From positions 640,001-704,000 of the forward strand of contig CAVSGI010000009.1 of assembly GCA_963727445.1 (NCBI GenBank): a stretch of 64,000 nt of DNA, written 5' to 3'. The stretch comes from an uncultured delta proteobacterium. Lineage in GTDB: Bacteria > Myxococcota_A > Polyangia > Polyangiales > B10-G4. Below the pieces are notes generated by a model, which saw only the letters and a program-made list of their open reading frames with translations, was not told the DNA's origin and did no database searches. Below are positions 38,846-47,707 of the stretch, one piece after another. Both the position numbers and the translations under genes were made by a program. Each line of letters opens with the position of its first letter. Position 1 is the first letter of the stretch.

Positions 38846-40591
38846 GTGCGCGCGCTTCTCGTCGGTACTTCGCTGCTCATCGCTCTGAGCTCCTGTTCGG
38901 AGCCGGTGGATGCGGCGCTGCTTCATCTCGACGGGTTGGATGCGGAGCGACTGGAGCCCGGGGCGGTGGTGCGCGTCAGCGGGCGCGGCTTTCCGACGGG
39001 GCGGAGCGGGACGGTGCGCTTGTCCGGGACGGCGCATCGGCCGGGGGAGGCGCCGACCTCCGTCGCGGCGGTGGTGGAGGCGCGGGCCGACAACGAGAAC
39101 CGGCTGCACTTCGTCGTCGGCGAGCCGATGCTGGCGCGGCTCGGTGGCCACGGGACGGTGACGGGTGCGCTGCGGGTGGAGTTCCCGGGCGATGAAGGGG
39201 CGATCGTCTCGGGCGAGCTCCACGATCTGACCCTCGTCGTCCGTCCGGGCGGCTTCGGCGAGCTCTCGGGCGTGCTCAGCCGGGAGCGAAGCGGCGCCGC
39301 CCTCCTCGCTCATCTCGGCGTCACCCCTCAGGACGAGGTCGAAGAGCGCGGCGGCGTCGTGATCGAGACCTTCACCCCCGGCTCCCTCGCGGACCACGCC
39401 GGCGTGCGGAAGCGCGACCGCATCGTCGGCCTCGGCGCGATGGTCGTCGACGACATCGGCGATCTCGTTCCGCCGCCGCGGGCGCGCTCCATCGAGCTCA
39501 TCCTCGAGCGCCGCGGCCTCTCTCAACCGATCCACGTACCCGTCGCCCTCTCGCCCGCCGCCACCGGTCCCACCGCCCGCTCGTCGTGGGGCGCGAGCCT
39601 CGCCGTCGGCTTCGCTTTCGTCCTGCTCTTCCTCGTCTCCCCCGTCGCGCGCCTCACGACGCGCTTCTGGCGCGCGCTCCGCACCGCCGGTCCATCGATC
39701 GGCACCGCTCTGCTCGGCGTCAGCGCGTTGCCGCAGGAAGCGACGCTGCCGCGAAGGCTCGTGCGCTTCGCGTGGCTCCTCATCGCCTACCTCGCGCTGG
39801 TCGTCGCCTTCGGTGTGTTGCCCTTCACGGCGCGCGTCCTGCCGGGCTCCATCGACGCAGCCGTCCTCGCCACCGCCACCGTGGGTCTGGCCGTCGCGGT
39901 CACCGTCGCTTCTCTCTCCTCGAAGCATTCCCTCGCCGCACGCATCCGACAGATCCTCTGGACGTCGGCCGCCGCCCTGCCGGCCATCGTCGCGGTCGCG
40001 GCGGTCGCGCTTCCGGCAGGCTCCTTTCGCCTCGAGGCCATTTCCGCTGCCCAAGGCGGCGAGCCCTGGGCCTGGGCGGGATTCTCGTCGCTTCCGGCCT
40101 TCATCGGCCTGGTGGCCGGCTTCGTCTCGCTTGTGGTGGTCCCCTCGAACGTCGGGCCCGGCCCCGCACCTCAGGTGCTCGACCGGGTCCGCCTCTTCAT
40201 CGGCGCCAGTCTCTTCACCGTCGTCTTTCTCGGTGGCTTCTCACTCCCCTTCCACACCGGCGATCCCCTCCTCGCCGGCCCGGTCGTTCGGGTGTCGGCG
40301 GCGCTCTACTTCGTCCTCAAGACCCTCACCGTCGCGCTGGTCGGCTTCCGACTCTCTCGCTCGGAGGCGCGCCTCGGCGTGCTCGCGGCGACCAGCGGCC
40401 TGTCGGCGATCCTCGCGGCCGCCGCCGCGGCGTTCTTCATGATGAACCCCGCGCGCACGCCCCCCGCCACCATCGTCGGCCCGGTGGCCTTCGCTGCCGC
40501 CGCGATCGTCCTGCTCGTCGGCGCCCTCGCTTCACGCGAGCGACCTCCGGCGCAGCGCAGCGGAGCGCTGCTCCTCAGCCGATCGCGCTGA
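38846..40591 (+). CDS. Exported beta-domain + PDZ fused to a degenerate NuoH (complex I subunit 1)-like membrane domain
   Basis: Lipobox-like LSSC; PDZ GVVIETFTPGSLADHAGVRKRDRI; SSKHSL..RIR, AGSFRLEAISAAQ, FLGGF, FVLKT match NuoH landmarks. Confidence 0.7.
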   Translation: MRALLVGTSLLIALSSCSEPVDAALLHLDGLDAERLEPGAVVRVSGRGFPTGRSGTVRLSGTAHRPGEAPTSVAAVVEARADNENRLHFVVGEPMLARLGGHGTVTGALRVEFPGDEGAIVSGELHDLTLVVRPGGFGELSGVLSRERSGAALLAHLGVTPQDEVEERGGVVIETFTPGSLADHAGVRKRDRIVGLGAMVVDDIGDLVPPPRARSIELILERRGLSQPIHVPVALSPAATGPTARSSWGASLAVGFAFVLLFLVSPVARLTTRFWRALRTAGPSIGTALLGVSALPQEATLPRRLVRFAWLLIAYLALVVAFGVLPFTARVLPGSIDAAVLATATVGLAVAVTVASLSSKHSLAARIRQILWTSAAALPAIVAVAAVALPAGSFRLEAISAAQGGEPWAWAGFSSLPAFIGLVAGFVSLVVVPSNVGPGPAPQVLDRVRLFIGASLFTVVFLGGFSLPFHTGDPLLAGPVVRVSAALYFVLKTLTVALVGFRLSRSEARLGVLAATSGLSAILAAAAAAFFMMNPARTPPATIVGPVAFAAAAIVLLVGALASRERPPAQRSGALLLSRSR

Positions 40592-40913
40592 GGAAGTGCG
40601 CGAGCTGCCCTTCGCCCGCGGAGTCGAGGTCGTCGAACTGCACGCCGGCGGCCACCTTGCCGTCGTCGCGCTCGGCGGTCCACATGACCTTGGCGTTCGT
40701 CTCGAATGGATCTTCGTCTGGATCCTCGATGCCGTCCTGCGTCAGAAAGAGCGTGAGCTTCAGGGTCGCGCCCTCGGGCACCCCTCGCGCCACCACCAGG
40801 CCGCAGCCACCTTTGGACAGGTCGTTGGTGAACGCGGAGAGCGGATTGCCCTCCACCTCCAGCTCGCCCCGAACCTCGACCGAATACCGCCTATGCGCTC
40901 TCTTATCTTCCAC
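40575..40913 (-). CDS. Single-domain PilZ protein
   Basis: RAHRR (RxxxR) and DLSKGG (DxSxxG); AKVMW; GVQF. Confidence 0.92.
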   Translation of the reverse strand: MEDKRAHRRYSVEVRGELEVEGNPLSAFTNDLSKGGCGLVVARGVPEGATLKLTLFLTQDGIEDPDEDPFETNAKVMWTAERDDGKVAAGVQFDDLDSAGEGQLAHFLSAIG

Positions 40914-41514
40914 GACGACTCGCCATCATGCGTGTAAATGCGCCGCCGGTAAAGGCATCCAGGAGCGCCGTGGCCTCGATGATTCGGGTGGCGTGCTCGA
41001 TGCTCCCCGCTCCGAGGAGGTCTCGTTCGAGCAGCAGTCTCCGTCTCTCGTAGTAGAGGCGGACGACCGAGCGCACGAGGTCCAGGCGGACCAGGCGTGT
41101 CGCGCGCTGCTCCCGCGCGAGCGGGACCTCCTGCGGCGCGAAGATCAGCCGGTCGAGGGCGAAGGCGGCCTCGCCCCGCAGCAGCATGGAGTCGTCGGTG
41201 CCCAGCTGGACCCGCCCGCTGTCGTCGAGGCGCTGCGACAAGTCCCACCCCGTGCCGCGCCGAAGCCCGACCCGCACGGTCGGCAAGAGGCCCGAGAGCC
41301 GCGCTCGGGTTGCGATCGACTCGAGCCCTTCGAGATCGGGTGCGCTCTGTCGGAGGGCCGCTGCCACCACGAGATCGATGGGCGGCTCGTCGCGGGCGTA
41401 GCGGCGGAGGGCGGCGCGAAGGGCACGCGGATCGACCTCAGTCATGTCTTGCGCCCGCGCGGTCGCGCTCTGGCCCGCGACGGCGAGCGCGAGGAAGAGC
41501 AACACCGCCCTCAT
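40903..41514 (-). CDS. Secreted protein resembling a single TolC/OEP repeat
   Basis: Signal peptide; ARLSGLLPTVRVG...AFALDRLIF...VVRLYYERRRL...LDAFTGG. Confidence 0.6.
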   Translation of the reverse strand: MRAVLLFLALAVAGQSATARAQDMTEVDPRALRAALRRYARDEPPIDLVVAAALRQSAPDLEGLESIATRARLSGLLPTVRVGLRRGTGWDLSQRLDDSGRVQLGTDDSMLLRGEAAFALDRLIFAPQEVPLAREQRATRLVRLDLVRSVVRLYYERRRLLLERDLLGAGSIEHATRIIEATALLDAFTGGAFTRMMASRRGR

Positions 41515-41834
41515 GGCCGCGCCTCCAGGCGAAGCAGCGCTTTGGTTCGCGTCCGGGTTTCCCACGCGCAGATGGCTCGGCTCAGGCAGGGCGCCGCCGG
41601 CCTCGGATTTGCTGCCGGCGTGAAGCGCGCGAAGGTCGCGGCCGGCGGCGGCGCGGGCGTGAGTCGAAGGCCGACGCCGAGCGCCAGGCTACGCTGGCGC
41701 TTCGCGCCGGCCGGGCCGAGGGCGCCGCCGCTCTCCTCGTACCAGGCCTCGACGATCAACGAAGGGAGTTGGGGGCGAAGCGCGTGACACCCCGAGAGGC
41801 ACGCGCAGAGAGAGAGCAGAAGCGCTGGTCGCAT
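41511..41834 (-). CDS. Small hypothetical lipoprotein
   Basis: Lipobox LSGC; GAGG RBS; ATGA overlap with the next gene; C.....C.WE motif. Confidence 0.6.
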   Translation of the reverse strand: MRPALLLSLCACLSGCHALRPQLPSLIVEAWYEESGGALGPAGAKRQRSLALGVGLRLTPAPPPAATFARFTPAANPRPAAPCLSRAICAWETRTRTKALLRLEARP

Positions 41835-41882
41835 GACCGTCCCTCATCGAGAGGTCGGCCGCTCAGTTGCGCCTTCGGGGAA

Positions 41883-42380
41883 TTAAAGCGCCAGCACCCG
41901 CGCGTGCGCGGCCGAGACGAAGCGCTCCCCGCGCCCGAGCCCCACCGCGGCGGTGCAGCGGGCGCCTCGCGGAACGTCCCGCACCAGCCACTCCCCCTCC
42001 GACGCCACATCCCCTTTTTCGTGGACCTGCGAAGCGACCACCTGCGCCTCGTCCCGTGCCACCACGACCAGGCGGGCGCGGAGCTCGCCCTCTTCGCCGA
42101 GCACGCGCCTGGCCCGGTCGAGGGCCTCCTCGGTCAGGGTCCAACTGAGGCGCACCCCGCCGCCATCCATCGCGCTCACGGCGACCGGCTCGACCTCTTC
42201 GAAGCTCGGCACCGAAGGCCGTCGAGGGCTGGGCGTCGTGAAGGCCGGCCGCCGTGCCTCTTGCCCATCCGTTGCCTCGGGCGACGGTGGAGGTCGGCTC
42301 GTACCGAGCGCCGCGTCCACCACCCGTCCGACGACCTTGCCGAGGAGCTTTCTCAGGGGACCCTGCGTGTCGTCCTTCAT
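41883..42380 (-). CDS. DUF4912-like protein
   Basis: ATGA overlap with ribF; LSWTLTE...LRARL...GEWLV...AAVGL...FVSAAHA. Confidence 0.55.
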   Translation of the reverse strand: MKDDTQGPLRKLLGKVVGRVVDAALGTSRPPPSPEATDGQEARRPAFTTPSPRRPSVPSFEEVEPVAVSAMDGGGVRLSWTLTEEALDRARRVLGEEGELRARLVVVARDEAQVVASQVHEKGDVASEGEWLVRDVPRGARCTAAVGLGRGERFVSAAHARVLAL

Positions 42381-43294
42381 AGCCATCGCCAGCTCTCCCC
42401 TCCGTCCGCCGCGAGGATGGACTTCGCTTCCTGTGCGTCTCGGCCGATCTGCGCCACGAGCGCTTCGAGCCCATCGAACTTCTGCTCGCCCCGGATGCGG
42501 GCGACGAAGCCGACCCGCAGCTCCGCATCGTAGACGTCGCGATCGAAGTCGAAAAGGTGGACCTCCACCGAGCGCCCGGCCTCGAAGGTGGGGCGGACGC
42601 CCAGGTTCGCCACGCCCCGGATCAGCGCTTCCTCACCCACGACCTTGGCGACGACTGCGTACACGCCGTCGGCCGGGAGCACCACCGCTTCTGCGTCCAG
42701 GTTCGCGGTCGGAAAGCCGATGGTCCGGCCCCGTCGATCGCCCTCCACCACGCGTCCCGTGACGTCCGGAACGCGACCCAGCAGACGACGCGCGCCCGCC
42801 ACGTCCCCCTCCGAGAGCAGGGTGCGGATGCGCGTCGACGAGACGCGCTCACCGTCGATCTCCACCGGTGGCACGGAGGTCACGTCGAACCCGTGCTCGG
42901 CGCCGAGAGACTCGAGTGTCGACACGTCGCCTGCGCGCCCTTTCCCGAAGCGAAAGTCGGGTCCCACCACCACCGCCTTCGTCCTCAGGCTGCCGATGAG
43001 GATGCGCTCGACGAACTGCTCCGGGGAGAGCGAAGCGAAGGCGCGATCGAAGGGCTGGCGTCGCACGCGATCGGCGCCCAGCGCCAGCAGGAGCTCGGTC
43101 CGGCGCTCCGGGGTGGTGAGCACGGGGGGGGCCCGGTCGGGGGCGAGGACGGCGCCCGGGTGGGGATCGAAGAAGAGGGCGACGGTGTCCAGCTCGTCCC
43201 TTGCCCGTGCGACCCCCGCGTCGAGCAGGGCGCGGTGACCGAGGTGGACGCCATCGTGGTTTCCCGGGACGACGACGGCGGGCCGATGGCTCAT
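42377..43294 (-). CDS. ribF: Bifunctional riboflavin kinase / FAD synthetase
   Basis: GNHDGVHLGH, DFRFG, VSSTRIR, GRTIGFPTAN, NLGVRPT, EVHLFDF. Confidence 0.98.
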   Translation of the reverse strand: MSHRPAVVVPGNHDGVHLGHRALLDAGVARARDELDTVALFFDPHPGAVLAPDRAPPVLTTPERRTELLLALGADRVRRQPFDRAFASLSPEQFVERILIGSLRTKAVVVGPDFRFGKGRAGDVSTLESLGAEHGFDVTSVPPVEIDGERVSSTRIRTLLSEGDVAGARRLLGRVPDVTGRVVEGDRRGRTIGFPTANLDAEAVVLPADGVYAVVAKVVGEEALIRGVANLGVRPTFEAGRSVEVHLFDFDRDVYDAELRVGFVARIRGEQKFDGLEALVAQIGRDAQEAKSILAADGGESWRWL

Positions 43295-43379
43295 CGCCGC
43301 CGATTATCCCCTCGAGACGCCGGGGGTCAATCTCGCTGCCCTTGCGCGAAACCCGCAGCGACGCCAAAGTTCAAGTCTG

Positions 43380-44033
43380 ATGGCGTGGTTGTTCGTCGCC
43401 GTCGCGTGCGGCATCGGGGTGGCCCTCTTGTATTGGGCTCGGCGGCGGAGCCGCGTCCTGCGTCCCATGCGCGAAGCGGCGCCAGGCCGAAGCGTGGCGG
43501 AGCTCTCGGCAGGTCGTTTCCGCGTCGTTGGACGGATCGTGCCCATCCAGACCAGCGCGTCGCGCATCGACGAGAGCCCCTGTGTCTTCGTCGAGCGCGC
43601 GGTCTACCGCACCGTGGGCTCGGACCTGGTGCCGCTCCTCAAGCAGGTGAGCCACGTCGTGCGGGCGCATCCGTTCTTCCTCGACGACGGGACGGGACGC
43701 GTGATGGTCGATCCCAGCAGCGCCGTGGTGGACGCCGTCACGCTGGTGGAGGACGAAGGGCTCCTCGCCGAGCGACGTCTCCGCGTGGGCGAGGAGGTCG
43801 AGGTCGTCGCGCGCTTCGCGCTGCGCGAAGCGGAGAGCGATGGCGGGCCTTATCGCGCGGGCTCGCTGGCTTGGGAAGCGGTCGCTGACGGCGAGCTCTT
43901 GCCGCAGATCGGCTACTGCGCCGTTCCGACCTCCATCGTCGCTGCCGACGAAGTGACCATCTTCCTCCGGGGCCTGGCCTCGTTCCTCTTCGCGGCCGCG
44001 GCCATTCTCTGCCTGGCTATCAGCGCCTTCTGA
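43380..44033 (+). CDS. GIDE-domain-like membrane protein
   Basis: N- and C-terminal TMs; PCV..., PFFLDDGTGRVMVDP, ERRLRVGEEVEV. Confidence 0.7.
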   Translation: MAWLFVAVACGIGVALLYWARRRSRVLRPMREAAPGRSVAELSAGRFRVVGRIVPIQTSASRIDESPCVFVERAVYRTVGSDLVPLLKQVSHVVRAHPFFLDDGTGRVMVDPSSAVVDAVTLVEDEGLLAERRLRVGEEVEVVARFALREAESDGGPYRAGSLAWEAVADGELLPQIGYCAVPTSIVAADEVTIFLRGLASFLFAAAAILCLAISAF

Positions 44034-44089
44034 CAATTCCACAGGGGTCACGGCGAGTAGTGCTGGCGCCGGCGTGCTAGAACGCCTGC

Positions 44090-46054
44090 GTGCGCGCCGC
44101 GCTCGTGTCGATCGCGATCCTGTTGGCCACGCCGGTGGCGCGCGCCGATCTGCCAGCGCTCACCGGACCCACGGCGCGACAGGATCTCTCCGACTCGGAC
44201 AGCGCGGTGCGACGAGAGGCAGCGCGGACCCTCGGCTACTTCGGCGAGCACCGCGCCGCGGTCGAAGCGTTGATCGGCGCGTTCCCCGGCGAACGCGATA
44301 CGGTGGTGCGCCGCGAGATCGTTCTCGCCCTCGCCCGTCGCGGTGATCCACGCGCCATCCCCGTGTTGGCCGAGGCGCTCTCCACGCCGGGGGCGCCGAA
44401 TCGCGCCGTGGTGGCCCACGTGCTGTCGAGCTTTCCTCATGATGCGTCGATCGAGGCGCTGGTGGAAGCGCTCGCGACGAACGACACCCGAGAGGCTGCC
44501 CGGGCGGCGCTGGTGTCGATCGGGCCCCGTGCCGTTCCCGCGCTCCTTCTGGCCGCCGCGCAGAGAGAGCCGTCCCTACCAGCGGTCGAGGCCCTGGGAG
44601 AGATCGGCGATCAACGCGCGCTGCCGCTCCTGATCGACTTCACACGAAGCGACGCCGCCACTCTCCGCGCGGCGGCGGTTCGCGCGATCGCCGCCATGCG
44701 CGCAGAGCGAGGCGGCCCGGCGGTGGCCGCCCTGGTGGACGACGGTGAAACCGACGTGCGCCTCGCCGCGGTGCTGGCGCTGGGCGTCGTCGGCGGTCCC
44801 CCTCACGTCGAGAAGCTGAAGGCGAAGCTCGCCGGGGACGATCTGTCGATGAAGCGCGCGGCCCTCCGAGCGCTGAGCGAGCTTTCACCGGACGACGCGA
44901 TCCCCTACCTCGAGCGGTTCGCCCGTCTCGGAGATCCGGTCATGGGGCCCCTCGCCATCGAGCTCGTGCTCGGGCTGCGCGTCCCTTCCGCCGCGCCGCT
45001 GCTGCATGGCCTCCTGCGCGAGGGGAGCCGCGCGCAGGAAGCCGCCAGCGGGCTCGCGGAGCTCGAGAGCGGCAGCGGGCTCGCGGTGCTGGTCCACGTG
45101 GCTTCCGAAGACGAGAGCACGCCCGGGGTGACGCGCGCGCTCTCCGTCTGCCTTCGTCACTACGCCGACGTCGCCGACCGGGACCTCGTCGCGCGGGCGC
45201 GGGAGATCCTCTCTCACGGGAGCGGCGCGCGCGCCCTGCTCCTGCGTGCGATCGCCCGAGACGATTCCGTGACCTCTGCCGTCTCACGCTGGCTCATCGA
45301 GGGCGACCCGGAGCAGCGCGCGGTCGCCGCGTTGGCCGCGGAGGTGGATCCCCGCGAGGACTATGTCGACCCATTGCTCGCCGCGGTCCACGAGGAACAT
45401 GACGCAGAGGCTTACCGGCGAATGGCATCGGCGCTCGTCGCGCAGCGCATCTCCGTCGCGGCACCCGTCCTGCTGATCGCGCGCTTCGACGATCCCGCCG
45501 TGGGTGCGGAAGCCATGGCGCTCGCCGCCGAGGCGTACCCTCGCGCCGAACGCTGGGATCAGCGCCGCCTGGGCGCAGCGTTTCGGCGCGTCCTTCGCGC
45601 GCCCGACGTTCGGCTTCGCGCCGGTGCGGCCTGGGCCCTCGCCAAAGCGGGGGACCGCGACGCGCACCGCCCGCTCTCGGAGGCGCTCGACGATCCCGCT
45701 CCCGAGGTCCGGCACGCCGCCGCCCGGGCGCTCTCGGCGCTCGGCGCCAGCGTGGCCCGGGGCGCCATCGAACGCCGTCTTCGGGTCGAGGAGGACGCGG
45801 TGGTGAGCCAGGCGCTCCGAGACGCGGCGACCATGGCGCGCCCCTTTCCCGCTCGCGGGCTCTCGGGTGATCAGGTGTTGCGGGTGCGGATCGTGCGGGG
45901 CGCTGCCATCTCGGACAGCCGCATACCGGTCGATGTGGTGCTTCCCGACGGCCGTTTTTCACGCATGCGCACGCTGTCGAGCGGTGAGCTGCTGATCGTC
46001 GATCTTCCATCCGGAAGCGCGGACGTCCGGGTGCGGGTCGGCGGCTCGTCTTGA
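44090..46054 (+). CDS. Exported HEAT-repeat protein with C-terminal beta domain
   Basis: Signal peptide ...PVARA; repeated VR..AA.ALG..GD.RA motifs. Confidence 0.88.
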   Translation: MRAALVSIAILLATPVARADLPALTGPTARQDLSDSDSAVRREAARTLGYFGEHRAAVEALIGAFPGERDTVVRREIVLALARRGDPRAIPVLAEALSTPGAPNRAVVAHVLSSFPHDASIEALVEALATNDTREAARAALVSIGPRAVPALLLAAAQREPSLPAVEALGEIGDQRALPLLIDFTRSDAATLRAAAVRAIAAMRAERGGPAVAALVDDGETDVRLAAVLALGVVGGPPHVEKLKAKLAGDDLSMKRAALRALSELSPDDAIPYLERFARLGDPVMGPLAIELVLGLRVPSAAPLLHGLLREGSRAQEAASGLAELESGSGLAVLVHVASEDESTPGVTRALSVCLRHYADVADRDLVARAREILSHGSGARALLLRAIARDDSVTSAVSRWLIEGDPEQRAVAALAAEVDPREDYVDPLLAAVHEEHDAEAYRRMASALVAQRISVAAPVLLIARFDDPAVGAEAMALAAEAYPRAERWDQRRLGAAFRRVLRAPDVRLRAGAAWALAKAGDRDAHRPLSEALDDPAPEVRHAAARALSALGASVARGAIERRLRVEEDAVVSQALRDAATMARPFPARGLSGDQVLRVRIVRGAAISDSRIPVDVVLPDGRFSRMRTLSSGELLIVDLPSGSADVRVRVGGSS

Positions 46055-46086
46055 ACTTCCGCCGGACAAATCCCAGAGTCCCCCTC

Positions 46087-46626
46087 GTGCGATCCGCCTC
46101 GCTCGCGCTTCTCCTGAGCACGCTGCTCCTCGCCGCGTGCGGCAATCCGAGCCGGCAGGAGCTCCTGACGCCCTACGATCCACCCGGGGGGGAATACCGC
46201 GTCTACTATCTCGCGCCGCCCTGGGAGCTCCAGGAGGCCGACGGCACCTACCTTCGCCTCGAGATCCCGGCGACCAGTGTGCGCCTCGGCCGTCTCGATG
46301 CGGGCACGGTGCCGCCGAGGTTTCTCTGCGAGGTGGACGTGTCCACCGGCACCGCCGCCAATCGCGCGCGTCGCGACGAGCGGGATGCGCGCACTTCCGG
46401 CGCCGAGGTCGTGCGCGGATCCACGGCGGTCACGACCCGTGACGGGACGACCGGCGTGGACCTGGTGGTCGCGCGCCTCGCGATGGACCGCACGCGTTTC
46501 TCCCGCACCGTCTATCTCGACCGTTCGGGCGGAGGCGTCGTGCGAATGTACTTCGAAGCCAACGACAATCTTCAGAACCCCGAGGTCGACGCGATGATCG
46601 CCGACGTGCAGGTCGATCCGGAATGA
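46087..46626 (+). CDS. Hypothetical lipoprotein
   Basis: Lipobox LAAC; alternative TTG start at 46051; ATGA overlap with the next gene. Confidence 0.7.
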   Translation: MRSASLALLLSTLLLAACGNPSRQELLTPYDPPGGEYRVYYLAPPWELQEADGTYLRLEIPATSVRLGRLDAGTVPPRFLCEVDVSTGTAANRARRDERDARTSGAEVVRGSTAVTTRDGTTGVDLVVARLAMDRTRFSRTVYLDRSGGGVVRMYFEANDNLQNPEVDAMIADVQVDPE

Positions 46627-47358
46627 AGTGGCTCTTTCCGATCGCCCTCGTCCTCGCGCTCGCCACCGAAGCCTCGGCGCAAGAGGACCTCACCCCCCCG
46701 CCGAGCTCCGGGACGGCAATCGGGCAGATGGCGACGGGGACGAGAGACGGACGCGGCGACGGAAACGGACACGCAGACCGAGACGGACACGGAGACGGAC
46801 GCCACGCTCTCCGGTGCCCTGGGCAATCCCCACCGCCACTACGCGCTCTCCCCCTCGGCTTCCGCCGACGAAGGCGGGGGCGAAGAAGAGGAAGAGGAAG
46901 AGGCCGAGCCTTGGATGGGGCCCGCGGTGGAGCTCGGCTACACCCATTACAACCTCTACGACGGGGCCAACGGCGGGGACGTCCACGCCGGGACCTTTGG
47001 CGGCTTCCTGCCTTTCTTCCCGATCCGCATCGGGGGTTGGGCGGAGCTCGGGACGCGCAAGTACTCCCTCGGCAGCGACGACTTCATCGCCCGGGCGAAC
47101 ATCATCGCCGGCTACCAGTACTTCGGATGGCGTCCTTTCGCCCCCTACGTGGGCGCCACGGCCAGCGTCGGGGTCACTTTCGGGCGGCGTTTCGCCACCT
47201 CCCAAGCGTGGGGATTCGGGGGGGGTGGGATCGAGGTGGGGGCCGATCTCAACCTCGTCAGAAATCTATGGGTGGGCCTGTCCGCCGGCTACCAACGAGT
47301 CGCCATGGCAGGATCGGGCTTCGATCTCTGGGTTTTCAGGGTTCGACTGGGTCTTTAG
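46623..47358 (+). CDS. Small outer-membrane beta-barrel protein, one apparent +1 frameshift near 46743
   Basis: Signal peptide MKWLFPIALVLALATEASA; joins to ETDT linker and amphipathic strands (PYVG, GIEVGADL, terminal RVRLGL). Confidence 0.72.
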
Positions 47359-47446
47359 GAGGCGATCCGAGGCCCGCGATTCTTCGGCGTTTGTCGGATC
47401 GCAAGCATTGACCAAAACCCTGGGATTCCGGCATCGTACTCCGAAC

Positions 47447-47707
47447 GTGGGAAAGGAGCCGACGAGCCAGACGCCCGCACAGGCCGAACCGTCTTTCGAG
47501 GACATCCTCGTCCGCCTCTCCGAGGTGGTCGAGAACCTCGAAGGAGGCGAGCTTCCTCTGTCGCAGTCTCTGGAGATCTTCGAGGAGGGCGTTCGCTTGT
47601 CCCGCCTCGGAGCGCGCCATTTGGACGAGGCCGAGGCAAGGATCGAGCAGTTGCTCTCCGACGATGAGGGCGTACGCACCCGTCCGCTGAGGAACCCCGA
47701 TGAGTGA
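47447..47707 (+). CDS. xseB: Exodeoxyribonuclease VII small subunit
   Basis: SFEDILVRLSEVVENLEGGELPLSQSLEIFEEGVRL...LDEAEARIEQL. Confidence 0.95.
   Translation: MGKEPTSQTPAQAEPSFEDILVRLSEVVENLEGGELPLSQSLEIFEEGVRLSRLGARHLDEAEARIEQLLSDDEGVRTRPLRNPDE

Noticed and set aside
38560..38850. Integrative element at tRNA-Ala
   Set aside because: No integrase and no duplicated tRNA 3' end seen; a normal terminator follows.
38846..40591. Functional nuoH call
   Set aside because: The acidic loop is missing and no other nuo genes are nearby, so no gene symbol was assigned.
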